Below are positions 1-9,021 of a DNA stretch of 64,000 bases, piece by piece (position 1 is the first letter of the stretch; each line of letters begins with the position of its first letter). Below the pieces are notes generated by a model that had not been told where the DNA came from, ran no database searches, and worked only from the letters and a program-made list of their open reading frames with translations. The stretch spans positions 9,278 through 73,277 of IMG/VR virus record IMGVR_UViG_3300046663_000412. The stretch is one strand, 5' to 3'. The DNA is from a virus. Its lineage: Duplodnaviria > Caudoviricetes. A program made the position numbers and the translations under genes.

Positions 1-3
1 ACC

Positions 4-3000
4 ATGGCGTCTCTCGGATTTAATCCGGTTGCTGGCCGATACTCCGACCTGGGCTTCCCGCTCGACTACGCCACGATGAAGCAAGGGCTGAAACAGTCGG
101 CTGTAAACAAGCCGCTGGTGTCTCCGTCCAAGCTCCCGAAAGTGGTAGCTCCGGTTGGGTCACCCGCTGCCGCGACGCAGCAACAGAAACGCCACGAGGA
201 AATCGTGAAGACCGCGCCGGACGTTGCGCTCCCTGGCGCTGCCAAGTCTCCGCGCGAGATGATGGGAATTTTGAACGAGGCAGTTCTTTCGGGCTCGCCG
301 GTAGATATTCACTACGGGCACGCGGGCGGAACCGCACCTGCGGCTGGCACTGGCGATTTGCCGGAAGCTGCGCTCGGCGGGGTCAGCCGCGCGGACAGGC
401 GAGAAGTCATCGAGGCTTGGCGACAACTCCCGATTGCGACCCGGTCTTTTATGGCCACGTTATTCTCTCCGGAACGTTTCGACGTTACCAAGGGCGGGAA
501 GTATCAGGTCTATGGCGGTTCGCATGCTGTTCTCGCGGCGAACCTTCAGAAGCTTGCGAATTTTTCTATCGCGCACCCTGAGGTGAAGCTACCTGACGGG
601 TGGAACGTTGACGACAAGTCTTTTACTCCCGACTCGTGGAATACCATTCTGGACCAAGTCCAGAAGTATTCCCGCAACCAGTTAACTGGTCGCGCAGGCT
701 CCGGCCAGCCGCTCGTGGTGCCGAAGATGAAGGGCTATTTTGCTCCTCCAGTCACCGGCGAGGCTGCTGTGATTCCGCAGGATGCTGCCGACGCAATCAA
801 TGCGGTGTTCGGCCAGACCACTCCTGCTACCGCACGCATCATGAAGAAGGATGTCGTGCCGCTGAATCTCGCGGGGCAGCGAATCGCGGAAGCCACCCTT
901 CCAGGTAGAGTCGAAGCGCCGACCGCAGAGTCGCCGGAGTTTGAAGGGGAAACTGCGAAAGGGCTCGGCATCGAGGGCCAGCATGTCTTGGAGCCGAATC
1001 CGTTTTTACAGGAGCTAAACAAATTTTCTGACGCGCCTAGTTTCATCGAGGCACGGCGCAGGCTGAACCTGGAGCACATGGCGGACGTTGAACATGCGCC
1101 TGCTGGTTCACCGTCGCTGCGGGGGAACACGTTGACGATGGCTGCCGGATTTCGTCCTGAATTACTCCCGGATAAAGAAAACGTGGGGAGATGGTCAAGA
1201 TTCTCTCACCTAGTAGGAATGTGGTTGTCCCCAGACGGAGATTTCTATGATGCGACCCCTACCCACTATCATTCAGCGGAGAAATACATAACTGGGGTCA
1301 CAAAAGAAGACCCCCGAGAATTAGCCTATAAAAAACAATGGGTCAGAGTTAATATCGATGGCGGGTCTGCCGACGCTCAGATTCTTATTGAGGGTCCGAA
1401 ACCTAATCCGACTCAAATGCGGGCTTTGGATTCAGCCGCAGAGAGTCAGGGGCTACCGGTTAATAATGATAGCGGACGGACTGTGATAGAGGCTCCTGCC
1501 GGATTCCGTCCGGAGTTGAGAGGCAATGAAGACATCCAGCAAGTTGCCGATAGATACATGAAGGCCACCGGCAGGCCGTATACCCGGCCTACTGCCGCTA
1601 CGCCGCTCAATGAAGCGGTGGCGAAGCGTATCGCGGATTTTTATCAGAGTGCGGCCCATTCGCCGGACAGTCCAGAAGTCCAGTCGTCTTACAAAGCGAT
1701 GGCGGACGAAACCGTTCAGCAATGGAACGCTCTGGAGAAGGCCGGATATAAGATGGAGCCCTGGACTAAGCCCGGGCAGCCCTACGGTAGCTCGGCAGAG
1801 ATGACCGCAGATGTTCGAGACAACCATCACCTCTGGTTTTTTCCCACTGAGGCGGGCTATGGAACCGGCACAGAGATTGCCAAGCATCCACTGCTGGAGG
1901 ATTCTGGCGTCCAGGTCAACGGGCGTGAGCTTCCTTATAACGACGTTTTTCGCGCGGTCCACGACGTGATGGGGCACGCAAAAGAGGGTTACGAATTCGG
2001 CCCGAAGGGGGAGCTTAACGCTTACCTCGCGCACTCCGCGATGTATTCGGATGCCGCGAAGCCTGCGATGGCTTCGGAGACTCTCGGACAAAACTCCTGG
2101 GTTAACTTCGGTGAGCACCTCCGGACCCCGGAAGGTAATATTCCCAAGAAGGGCGAAGCCGGATTTGTTCCTGCCCCGGAAAGACCATTTGCGGAGCAGA
2201 AAGCTTTTCTGTTGCCGGAGAATCTTCAGAAACTTTCTTTGGATGACGAATCTGCCCAGTTCAAACCCCGAAAGCGAAAAGACGACTGGCAGCTTAAGGA
2301 GGGACCCGGGATGTTTTCGAAGGCGTGGATTGCCCCCGACGGGAAACCGATTCAACTTGGCGGGCAGTGGCACCACGAATGGGTAAACGAGAATCCTGAT
2401 GTGGCCGAGAAGTATGGTCTGAAGCCTACGACCAGCGGCGAAGAGAATCGTTCCGAAGCTTTGCAAAAAGGTTTTGCTCGCGTGAACTACGAGAAGAACA
2501 CCGGCACTTTTAAAGTGGAGGCTCGCCAGCAGGACTGGGATAAGCTGTCTCCCTCGGTGCTAGAGATGGTGAAGCGCAACCTGGGGAAGATTGACAACAT
2601 GGACGTGCATTTGCTGGATGCGAAGGGCAAGAACATTGTTGACCAGGATGGCGTAGCGTTGCACACCTACGACGCGGGGGAAAAGCTGGACCACATCCCG
2701 TTGATTTCGGAGCCGTCGTCTACGGTCACTGAGACGAGCCCTCAGGCGACTGGGAAAGCAGAGTCAGCCCAATTCCGGCCCGCTGATGAAGACACCCAGA
2801 TTTTATACTCCGGCAAAGGTGGAGGAGTAGGCTCCGGCGAAGGTGGCTCCTGGTGGACTTCGAGTTTGAGACGCGCCATTTCTTTCGGCCCGTCAGTTAG
2901 CAGAGTAGAAGTGCCGAAAGAAATTGCACAGGCAGCCCGCGAAGCCGCGTTGAAACAGGGTAGTGGCACCTCCACGGATTTTGTGCTTCCCAATGAGTGG

Positions 3001-5232
3001 GTGAAAAAGGCGGAGCCGGTGGGTGAGCTTGACCAGCCCACGTATGAACTACCGATTCAATTCCGGCCCGATGAAACAAACCCGCGCGCGGTAAAGATGG
3101 CTGCACTCCGTGACGAGGACACCGGTAAGATTTACGAAGGCCCGATGCATGCCTTTGCTAAGCTGGAGTATCTGAAAGAAAAATACGCCAGTCGGTTGGA
3201 CGAGAACGGTGACCTTCCGGATAACCTGATGCTTCAAGCCTGGAAGGCGGACCCTAACTTGTCGGAAGGATTCACTACCAACGCGGGAGAATTTTTGAGC
3301 CGCGACGAGGCAAAAGACCGTGCGGTTGAACTAAAGCAGTATGTCGCTAAACCGAACGAGGGAAGCAGTCTGGAGTCTCAAGCGTTCACCAGACAGCAGG
3401 AGCTACAAAAAGCTGGCTACGCTCCAGACGTCCAATACCGACCGTCCGCTAAGCCGGAAGATTTTAAGAGCGAAGAAACACTTCCTCGCGCGCTCCAGTC
3501 TCCTAACTGGGCAATCTTCACGGCGACAAAAGAAGATTTAGGCCCCGGCACCAACGAGCACAACGAACTGCGAAACGAGAATTTAGAAAAAGCTCTTGTA
3601 GCCGACGGCTTCACTCCTACCGAGGTGAGCGGAAATTACAAAGGCGTTGACCAGGGAAAAAGTTTTCTGGTGCCCAACATGACCCCGGAGCAAGCGACCG
3701 CGTGGGGTAATAAGTATGGCCAAGAGAGCGTGCTTACTCCACACGGTATTCTTTACGGTGACGGGACGATTAACCCTGCCGACCATTCGAAAACTGTTGT
3801 TGGGCCAGAGGCAGAGAAGCAGGATTTTTATTCGAAGCTCAAAGATGGTCCCGCGTTCAGCATGGGAATCGATACCGACAAGCGGGTTCAGTTCAAGCCC
3901 AACACTCCAGAAGAAAGAGATTTACTCGGTGCAGCTATCGCCCCGCAGGCGTTCAGCAAAGCGGAAGTCATGGCGATGTCGAACAAAGACCTTTTGGAAC
4001 ACTACCCTGAGGCAGTCGTTCCTAACAAGGTCCGAAACAAAAAGGGCAAGCTGGTAGAGCCGGAGCTAACCTCCGATATCGTTCACGCGCCGCTCGTAGA
4101 AGCAAACGGTGGTGCGGAGTCCCCGAAGGCAATCAAAGCCTACGCGCAGAAGGTGGTTGATTTTGCCAAGCAATGGCAAGACCACCCGGCGTTTAAGGAC
4201 GGGATGAAATGGTATTCTGATTTTGTCCCGAAGCTCAAAGCAAATTTTGGAAAGAACGCGCAACTGTTCGCTGAACTACTCGCGGCGACTTCGCCGAACA
4301 CCACACCGGATGTGAATTTTGGATTCGCCTACGATGCTCTGAAATCTTTCGAGACCGGAAAGTTCGACCAACAGATTGCTAAGTTCAACGAGGGCATGAA
4401 GATGGCGGACGAGGACAACTGGCAGGACTGGTATAACAAAAATGTTCCAGAGTCAGACCGGCCTGTGAAGCCTACCAAGGCGACTTTCATGGCGGAGTGG
4501 ATTGACCAGCACGACCTCGCGCCTCGCCAATCGAATGGAAAAAATTACGGGATGCATTCCGTGCCGGTGCTCCAGGTTCTTGCGCGCCGGTGGCTAAACC
4601 AAACGACCGGCCCGAAGACTCAGAATTTTATCAAGAACTTGGTTGGCTCGGAACACGAGGCCACAATCGACGTATGGGCTGACCGGACTATGAGACGCCT
4701 GGGTTACCAGGACTACCAGGACCGGTGGCGGATTTTGCCGAAGAACGCGACCGGAGTGCCAGACACTGATTTCCACTTTTCTCAGAAAGTATTCCGCGCG
4801 GCTGCCAATCAGATGGATATCAAGCCCGATGCTCTGCAAGGGGCTCTCTGGTTCGCTGAAAAGCAGCTTTGGGCGGACAAGGGCTGGGGACGGCTCGACC
4901 TGGGGGACTACCGTAAAGAGATGGCAAAGGTCCCAGAACTACAGAAAAGGTTTGAGCAGCGGAACGCACAGCAGGAGATGAATCTAGTTGCGCCAAGGCC
5001 CGGAGTGCAGTATAATCCAGGTATGAAATTAGTCAAAGCGACAGTGCAAGACAAAAACGGTGGAATCTTGATTGGCGGAGGTAAGTCCATTACTTCCAGT
5101 CCTTTGACGCCTGTTGACGCTTCTGCGTGGGCGGACGCAATCATATCCAATCAAATAGGACTCCCGGCGTCTCAATACGGGACGAAAGACCAACGTCGAA
5201 ACAAGGATGACTTTAAAGTTACAATCCGATGA
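4..5232 (+). CDS. Large polyvalent (probably virion-injected) protein: zincin-like, ART-like, DUF3293-like and HhH-glycosylase-like modules
   Basis: 1742-aa ORF; motifs NDVFRAVHDVMGH..ETLGQNSWVNFG, LYSG..WWTS..A..F, WAIFTA..GNYKG..SFLV..YGQESV, WY..LLAATSP..GPKTQNF..TIDVWADR. The true start could lie upstream of the window. Confidence 0.7.
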   Translation: MASLGFNPVAGRYSDLGFPLDYATMKQGLKQSAVNKPLVSPSKLPKVVAPVGSPAAATQQQKRHEEIVKTAPDVALPGAAKSPREMMGILNEAVLSGSPVDIHYGHAGGTAPAAGTGDLPEAALGGVSRADRREVIEAWRQLPIATRSFMATLFSPERFDVTKGGKYQVYGGSHAVLAANLQKLANFSIAHPEVKLPDGWNVDDKSFTPDSWNTILDQVQKYSRNQLTGRAGSGQPLVVPKMKGYFAPPVTGEAAVIPQDAADAINAVFGQTTPATARIMKKDVVPLNLAGQRIAEATLPGRVEAPTAESPEFEGETAKGLGIEGQHVLEPNPFLQELNKFSDAPSFIEARRRLNLEHMADVEHAPAGSPSLRGNTLTMAAGFRPELLPDKENVGRWSRFSHLVGMWLSPDGDFYDATPTHYHSAEKYITGVTKEDPRELAYKKQWVRVNIDGGSADAQILIEGPKPNPTQMRALDSAAESQGLPVNNDSGRTVIEAPAGFRPELRGNEDIQQVADRYMKATGRPYTRPTAATPLNEAVAKRIADFYQSAAHSPDSPEVQSSYKAMADETVQQWNALEKAGYKMEPWTKPGQPYGSSAEMTADVRDNHHLWFFPTEAGYGTGTEIAKHPLLEDSGVQVNGRELPYNDVFRAVHDVMGHAKEGYEFGPKGELNAYLAHSAMYSDAAKPAMASETLGQNSWVNFGEHLRTPEGNIPKKGEAGFVPAPERPFAEQKAFLLPENLQKLSLDDESAQFKPRKRKDDWQLKEGPGMFSKAWIAPDGKPIQLGGQWHHEWVNENPDVAEKYGLKPTTSGEENRSEALQKGFARVNYEKNTGTFKVEARQQDWDKLSPSVLEMVKRNLGKIDNMDVHLLDAKGKNIVDQDGVALHTYDAGEKLDHIPLISEPSSTVTETSPQATGKAESAQFRPADEDTQILYSGKGGGVGSGEGGSWWTSSLRRAISFGPSVSRVEVPKEIAQAAREAALKQGSGTSTDFVLPNEWVKKAEPVGELDQPTYELPIQFRPDETNPRAVKMAALRDEDTGKIYEGPMHAFAKLEYLKEKYASRLDENGDLPDNLMLQAWKADPNLSEGFTTNAGEFLSRDEAKDRAVELKQYVAKPNEGSSLESQAFTRQQELQKAGYAPDVQYRPSAKPEDFKSEETLPRALQSPNWAIFTATKEDLGPGTNEHNELRNENLEKALVADGFTPTEVSGNYKGVDQGKSFLVPNMTPEQATAWGNKYGQESVLTPHGILYGDGTINPADHSKTVVGPEAEKQDFYSKLKDGPAFSMGIDTDKRVQFKPNTPEERDLLGAAIAPQAFSKAEVMAMSNKDLLEHYPEAVVPNKVRNKKGKLVEPELTSDIVHAPLVEANGGAESPKAIKAYAQKVVDFAKQWQDHPAFKDGMKWYSDFVPKLKANFGKNAQLFAELLAATSPNTTPDVNFGFAYDALKSFETGKFDQQIAKFNEGMKMADEDNWQDWYNKNVPESDRPVKPTKATFMAEWIDQHDLAPRQSNGKNYGMHSVPVLQVLARRWLNQTTGPKTQNFIKNLVGSEHEATIDVWADRTMRRLGYQDYQDRWRILPKNATGVPDTDFHFSQKVFRAAANQMDIKPDALQGALWFAEKQLWADKGWGRLDLGDYRKEMAKVPELQKRFEQRNAQQEMNLVAPRPGVQYNPGMKLVKATVQDKNGGILIGGGKSITSSPLTPVDASAWADAIISNQIGLPASQYGTKDQRRNKDDFKVTIR

Positions 5233-5405
5233 AAGTAAACACTAAATTGCAGAAAGAATACACCCGGGAGCAGCAGGTAGCGGCCCGGATTGCCTCGGAT
5301 ATCTACTCCCAGGACCCGTTCTGGCAGGAAGTGGTAGAACACCTCGACCGGAAGGAAAAGAGCCGCCAGGGGCTTGTGCAGGCTCGACCCAGAGCCCGCA
5401 AATAG
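5229..5405 (+). CDS. Small hypothetical protein (58 aa, below track cut-off)
   Basis: ATGA overlap with upstream stop; MKVNTKLQKEYTREQQVAARIASDIYSQDPFW...; ends TAG. Confidence 0.6.
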   Translation: MKVNTKLQKEYTREQQVAARIASDIYSQDPFWQEVVEHLDRKEKSRQGLVQARPRARK

Positions 5406-5410
5406 CGACT
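5384..5410 (+). promoter_or_regulatory. Putative phage-sigma (late) promoter
   Basis: TCGACC-N15-GCGACT, then 7 nt to ATG 5418. Confidence 0.55.
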
Positions 5411-5417
5411 GTTAAGT

Positions 5418-6092
5418 ATGACTGGCACTGAATCAGGTCTCGTTGCTCCCGCTGCGGTTGCCCCACCCGCTGCTGCCCCCGCACCCATCGCTGCCGCTCC
5501 ATCCCCTGACGCGTCCCAGACGCCTAGCACCCAGGACGACCGGCTGCCCCCGGAGATTCTGAAGATTCACGCGATGCAGGCATTGATTGCCGGGAACCCG
5601 GCTGCCGTGTCCGCCCCGTTAAAAGAATTTGGTAACCGTAAGGAAGCGAAACTTATCAAGGAGCACAAGGATGCTCTAACGCAAGCCGGTTTCGGCTTTT
5701 ACCGCTCTCTGAACGGTCACCTGGGGGTCATTTTCAATTCGTTGCATTTGCACCCCCAAGATTTGATGGCAGCCGACAAGGCCGGGAAGCTCACACAACT
5801 CGCGCCTTCTTTTGATATCGTGGACCATGCGGTGTCGAAATCCGGAATTCACAATCCAGTTTTGAAGGCGAAGTCGGTCCCGAATGGATTGGCTCCGCCT
5901 ACGCTTCAAGCTCCTCCTCAGGTCACTGCGGGAATGGCTCCAGGCTCCTCGCCTGTCGCGGCTGCCCCGAATTCCGTCCAGCGTAAAGCTATGGCTGCCC
6001 GGATTGGGAATATCAGCCCTGGGGCTCCGACTTCGGGCTCGATGCCGGGAGCCGGACGTTTGCTGAATCAAATCTACAAGCCGGTTGTTTAA
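5418..6092 (+). CDS. Hypothetical Ala/Pro-rich protein, last gene of the + strand virion arm
   Basis: 224-aa ORF converging on the - strand arm. Confidence 0.75.
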   Translation: MTGTESGLVAPAAVAPPAAAPAPIAAAPSPDASQTPSTQDDRLPPEILKIHAMQALIAGNPAAVSAPLKEFGNRKEAKLIKEHKDALTQAGFGFYRSLNGHLGVIFNSLHLHPQDLMAADKAGKLTQLAPSFDIVDHAVSKSGIHNPVLKAKSVPNGLAPPTLQAPPQVTAGMAPGSSPVAAAPNSVQRKAMAARIGNISPGAPTSGSMPGAGRLLNQIYKPVV

Positions 6093-7147
6093 CCGGGGGT
6101 CAGTTCAAGCTGGCCCTTAATCAACCTCGCGTCTGAACGGATGAACCGCTTGTAGTATCCGCGCGTGAAAAAGCGATTGATTTCCACTCTGAACCGGGTG
6201 ACAGAGCCGTCGTCCGGGTTCACTTTGAATTCCATAATCGCCCCGCCGACTTCCATCCGCAGGCGTTTCTTGCGAGCGAAAATTGTTTGGTCCTGAAACC
6301 CCGGCAGAGACACGACGTGAATGTTGCGCTCTTGCATGTAGTTCGAGACGTGATAGTGGCCCAGCACCAGGATAGACGGCTTTTCGCCACCCTCCAGAGA
6401 CTCCACAATCTTCTGCGCCGTGTAGCTGCGCGCATACGCTGAACCACCACCGGGGTGCATGATTTTGATGATAGTCGGCACGGCACCGGCCTTAATCGCG
6501 ACGTCCGCTTCGACGTGACCGATATAGCGCAAATCCTTTCGGTCATTTTTGCGGGCGACAAGCTCCATGTATGACCCGATGTTGAAGCCGGGAGCAAACC
6601 AGGACTCGTGGTCGTCGCCGGTGATGAAGTAAGTCGTGATGCCTTCCCGCTGCGGATAGTTGTCGGCGAAGTATTGCGCCTGTCCATCGATGGTCGAGGA
6701 GAAAACACTTTCACCGTTGATGCGCGCCACATAGCCGTCAATCGGGTTGCCCGCATGGAACACGGTCGTGAGTCCTTCGGCTTTGAAAAGGTCGTATTGG
6801 GCGTGCAGTTCTGCGAGGCGTTCTTCCTTGCAGCACATGTGTGTGTCTGCGACCAGTCCGTGGCGAATCCAGTCGCCGGTGTTCACGACTTCCAACGGAA
6901 GATATCCGAAGGTAGGCCGGGGCAGCGTGACTGGCTCCTGGAGAACAGGAATCTCGGTTTCCGCCGCGAGCGCAGGAGCAGCAGGGTCAGCGGACCCAGC
7001 CGTCAATGGGCGGCTCAGGCTCAGTCGGCGGATTTTGTTCACCACCGCATCCAGGCTCTTGCCCATCTTGGTGGCTATCGCCGGGTTGCTGTAACCCTCC
7101 TGCCGGAGGCTCGTCAAGGTGTCGATTTGCGTTTTGGTCCAACTCAT
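6089..7147 (-). CDS. Calcineurin-like metallophosphoesterase with N-terminal HTH
   Basis: ADTH, HAGNPIDG, ITGDDHE, LGHYH motifs; N-terminal WTKTQIDTL..GYSNPAIATKMG. Confidence 0.85.
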   Translation of the reverse strand: MSWTKTQIDTLTSLRQEGYSNPAIATKMGKSLDAVVNKIRRLSLSRPLTAGSADPAAPALAAETEIPVLQEPVTLPRPTFGYLPLEVVNTGDWIRHGLVADTHMCCKEERLAELHAQYDLFKAEGLTTVFHAGNPIDGYVARINGESVFSSTIDGQAQYFADNYPQREGITTYFITGDDHESWFAPGFNIGSYMELVARKNDRKDLRYIGHVEADVAIKAGAVPTIIKIMHPGGGSAYARSYTAQKIVESLEGGEKPSILVLGHYHVSNYMQERNIHVVSLPGFQDQTIFARKKRLRMEVGGAIMEFKVNPDDGSVTRFRVEINRFFTRGYYKRFIRSDARLIKGQLELTPG

Positions 7148-7847
7148 GTGTTTTAGGATATGGAGCGTCTTCGGCCCCGGTTTCTAGGTTCTGTTCCCGT
7201 TTTATTAACCACTCCTGTGTGGCTGGGTGTAGCACACCCCTAAAGGCTCCGTCAAAAGCTTCGAGCGCGATTTGCGCCGTGGGACCCACACCGACTAAGG
7301 CGTGCTCCAGGTCATTGATGTCGCCCAGGTAGGCCAGCCAGTTTCCGTCCAACAGGCGGCAGAGCGCGGGCTTGTAGCGAAAATGCGGTGAAGAGACTTC
7401 CTGGGTGGCCAGCAGATGTTCCTCGGCGGACTTGCGTTGCATATCGAGGACGTCCCGCTGTCTCTGTGCGATGTCTTCAAAATGCTTTTCGGTCCGCTTC
7501 TGAAACTCCAGGCTCCAGCGGTCGTCGTCATCCATGATTTTCTGAATGCGGTTCGCAGCCGCGCGAAGTGTATTCTCGCATTCGATTTTGGTCTCGGTCT
7601 CGGCGGGAGTCAGCGGAGGAACCTCTGCGGGGGCAGCCTCGGGCATGCCGAACATGTTCACGCCGGGTGGGGTCCGCATCCAGTGACTCATTACCGCGCC
7701 AGCGGTGGAGAACACCTGGAGGCAAGTGTCTATCATGAACCGGGTCGAAAGCTCCCGGCTGGAAAGCTGAATCGGTTCCGACTGATTGAGATTCTTCACT
7801 GGAACTTTACGCGAGATAGGTGTGTTTGTGCCCATTTGAAAATCCAT
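6987..7847 (-). CDS. Hypothetical protein (start uncertain)
   Basis: 286-aa ORF between RuvC-like and phosphoesterase genes. Confidence 0.6.
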   Translation of the reverse strand: MDFQMGTNTPISRKVPVKNLNQSEPIQLSSRELSTRFMIDTCLQVFSTAGAVMSHWMRTPPGVNMFGMPEAAPAEVPPLTPAETETKIECENTLRAAANRIQKIMDDDDRWSLEFQKRTEKHFEDIAQRQRDVLDMQRKSAEEHLLATQEVSSPHFRYKPALCRLLDGNWLAYLGDINDLEHALVGVGPTAQIALEAFDGAFRGVLHPATQEWLIKREQNLETGAEDAPYPKTHELDQNANRHLDEPPAGGLQQPGDSHQDGQEPGCGGEQNPPTEPEPPIDGWVR

Positions 7848-8296
7848 ATTGCGTCAATGGCGTTGTCGTCTAGTTTTTGTCCGCGAAATCCTGGGGACTG
7901 TTTAAACAGGGCGGCTGCCATTCCTTCTTTTGTTGCGCCGCCGAACCCGGTGGCAAACTTTTTTAAAGTGGAGACTGGCAAACATTCCAGCAAGCACGAT
8001 TTGCCAAGGGTCAACCATACACAGGTCCGCAATGATGCCCACAACTGGGTTTGCAGGGTGTAAGTCGAAAATTGCACGTCCTCGAAGACTACCACATCGG
8101 GCTTGGGAAGTGAAACCAGATATTCCTGAAATCGATGAATCCTCGGGTCGTTTCGCCGGGTCCAGCGTTCCTTCCCCCAGGCAGTAACTTCCGCCCCCGT
8201 TGCTAGCGTCCAAGTCCCAGCAGTAAGTGTATCCGCTCCGGCGAGGTTGTGAGCGAATCCCGTGTGGGTCCCCAGGTCTATGGCGAGTATTTTCAG
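7796..8296 (-). CDS. RuvC-like Holliday junction resolvase (no ATG/GTG/TTG start in frame)
   Basis: Extending the 7796..8095 frame gives LKILAIDLGTHTGFA..VVFEDVQF..LKKFATGFGGATKE..DDNAIDA; in-frame stop at 8320-8318. Confidence 0.8.
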   Translation of the reverse strand: MKILAIDLGTHTGFAHNLAGADTLTAGTWTLATGAEVTAWGKERWTRRNDPRIHRFQEYLVSLPKPDVVVFEDVQFSTYTLQTQLWASLRTCVWLTLGKSCLLECLPVSTLKKFATGFGGATKEGMAAALFKQSPGFRGQKLDDNAIDAIWIFKWAQTHLSRVKFQ

Positions 8297-8313
8297 ACAT
8301 ATAAAAGTCGCAA

Positions 8314-9021
8314 TTATTCAGAGAGTAGTCGCCCCTGGTCCAGCAACGCGACGCGAATCTTTCGGAGCGCCACGCGGTGAGTGCGCTGAATCGCCGACCG
8401 AGTTAAATCCAGCATCTCGGCAATTTCCTGAAAATTCCTTCCGCTGAAGTAGGTCAAGTTTAAAACTGCCTTCTCCCGCTCGGTGCAGATTCGTTCCACC
8501 AGCGGCTTCATTTGCTCCCAGCGTTCGCGGGTGTGGATGTCTTCGAACCTGGGGTTGTCAATTTCGTGCTCCGGAGTGATTTCTTCTGTGTCGTCCCAGG
8601 GGCCGGTTAAATCAACGTGATGCCCGCTGGGGTTCGAGGTATCCGGGGGCACCATGTTTTCAGAGCCGACACCCTTCACCACATTTTTTGAGCGCCAACT
8701 TCGGTGAACATAGCCGCGAATTCCCGGCTTGCAGAACGCGAAGAACCTCGCCCAGCCGGTCTTCCACCGCTTCGCGCCGCGATTCAGCACGTCGTAGCAA
8801 ATCGAGATAAGCTCACCGTCTTCAATGTGGCCCTTGCTGATGTGGCGCGCGTAGGCTACCGCTTCACGCATCGAGTGCAGCACGAGTTTGTCCAGGTCTT
8901 TTTGAGAGCCCTGGGCGAGCTTGTTTTCTTCCGGCTTACTTAGCTTCAGGGGAAATGGGTCGAGGGGATTCAAATGAAACTCCAGTCGTTGGGTTAAGGG
9001 TGGGAACCGCCTCTGTATCAA
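8314..9021 (-). CDS. Phage-encoded sigma-70 family RNA polymerase sigma factor
   Basis: Region 2-like LVLHSMREAVAYAR..DGELIS..RFFAF; region 4 REKAVLNLTYFSGRNFQEIAEMLDLTRSAIQRTHRVALRKIR. Confidence 0.85.
   Translation of the reverse strand: MIQRRFPPLTQRLEFHLNPLDPFPLKLSKPEENKLAQGSQKDLDKLVLHSMREAVAYARHISKGHIEDGELISICYDVLNRGAKRWKTGWARFFAFCKPGIRGYVHRSWRSKNVVKGVGSENMVPPDTSNPSGHHVDLTGPWDDTEEITPEHEIDNPRFEDIHTRERWEQMKPLVERICTEREKAVLNLTYFSGRNFQEIAEMLDLTRSAIQRTHRVALRKIRVALLDQGRLLSE

Noticed and set aside
6987-7147. 161-nt dual-coding overlap as a designed feature
   Set aside because: The overlapping tail is low-complexity and could simply reflect a lost stop; nothing supports function.
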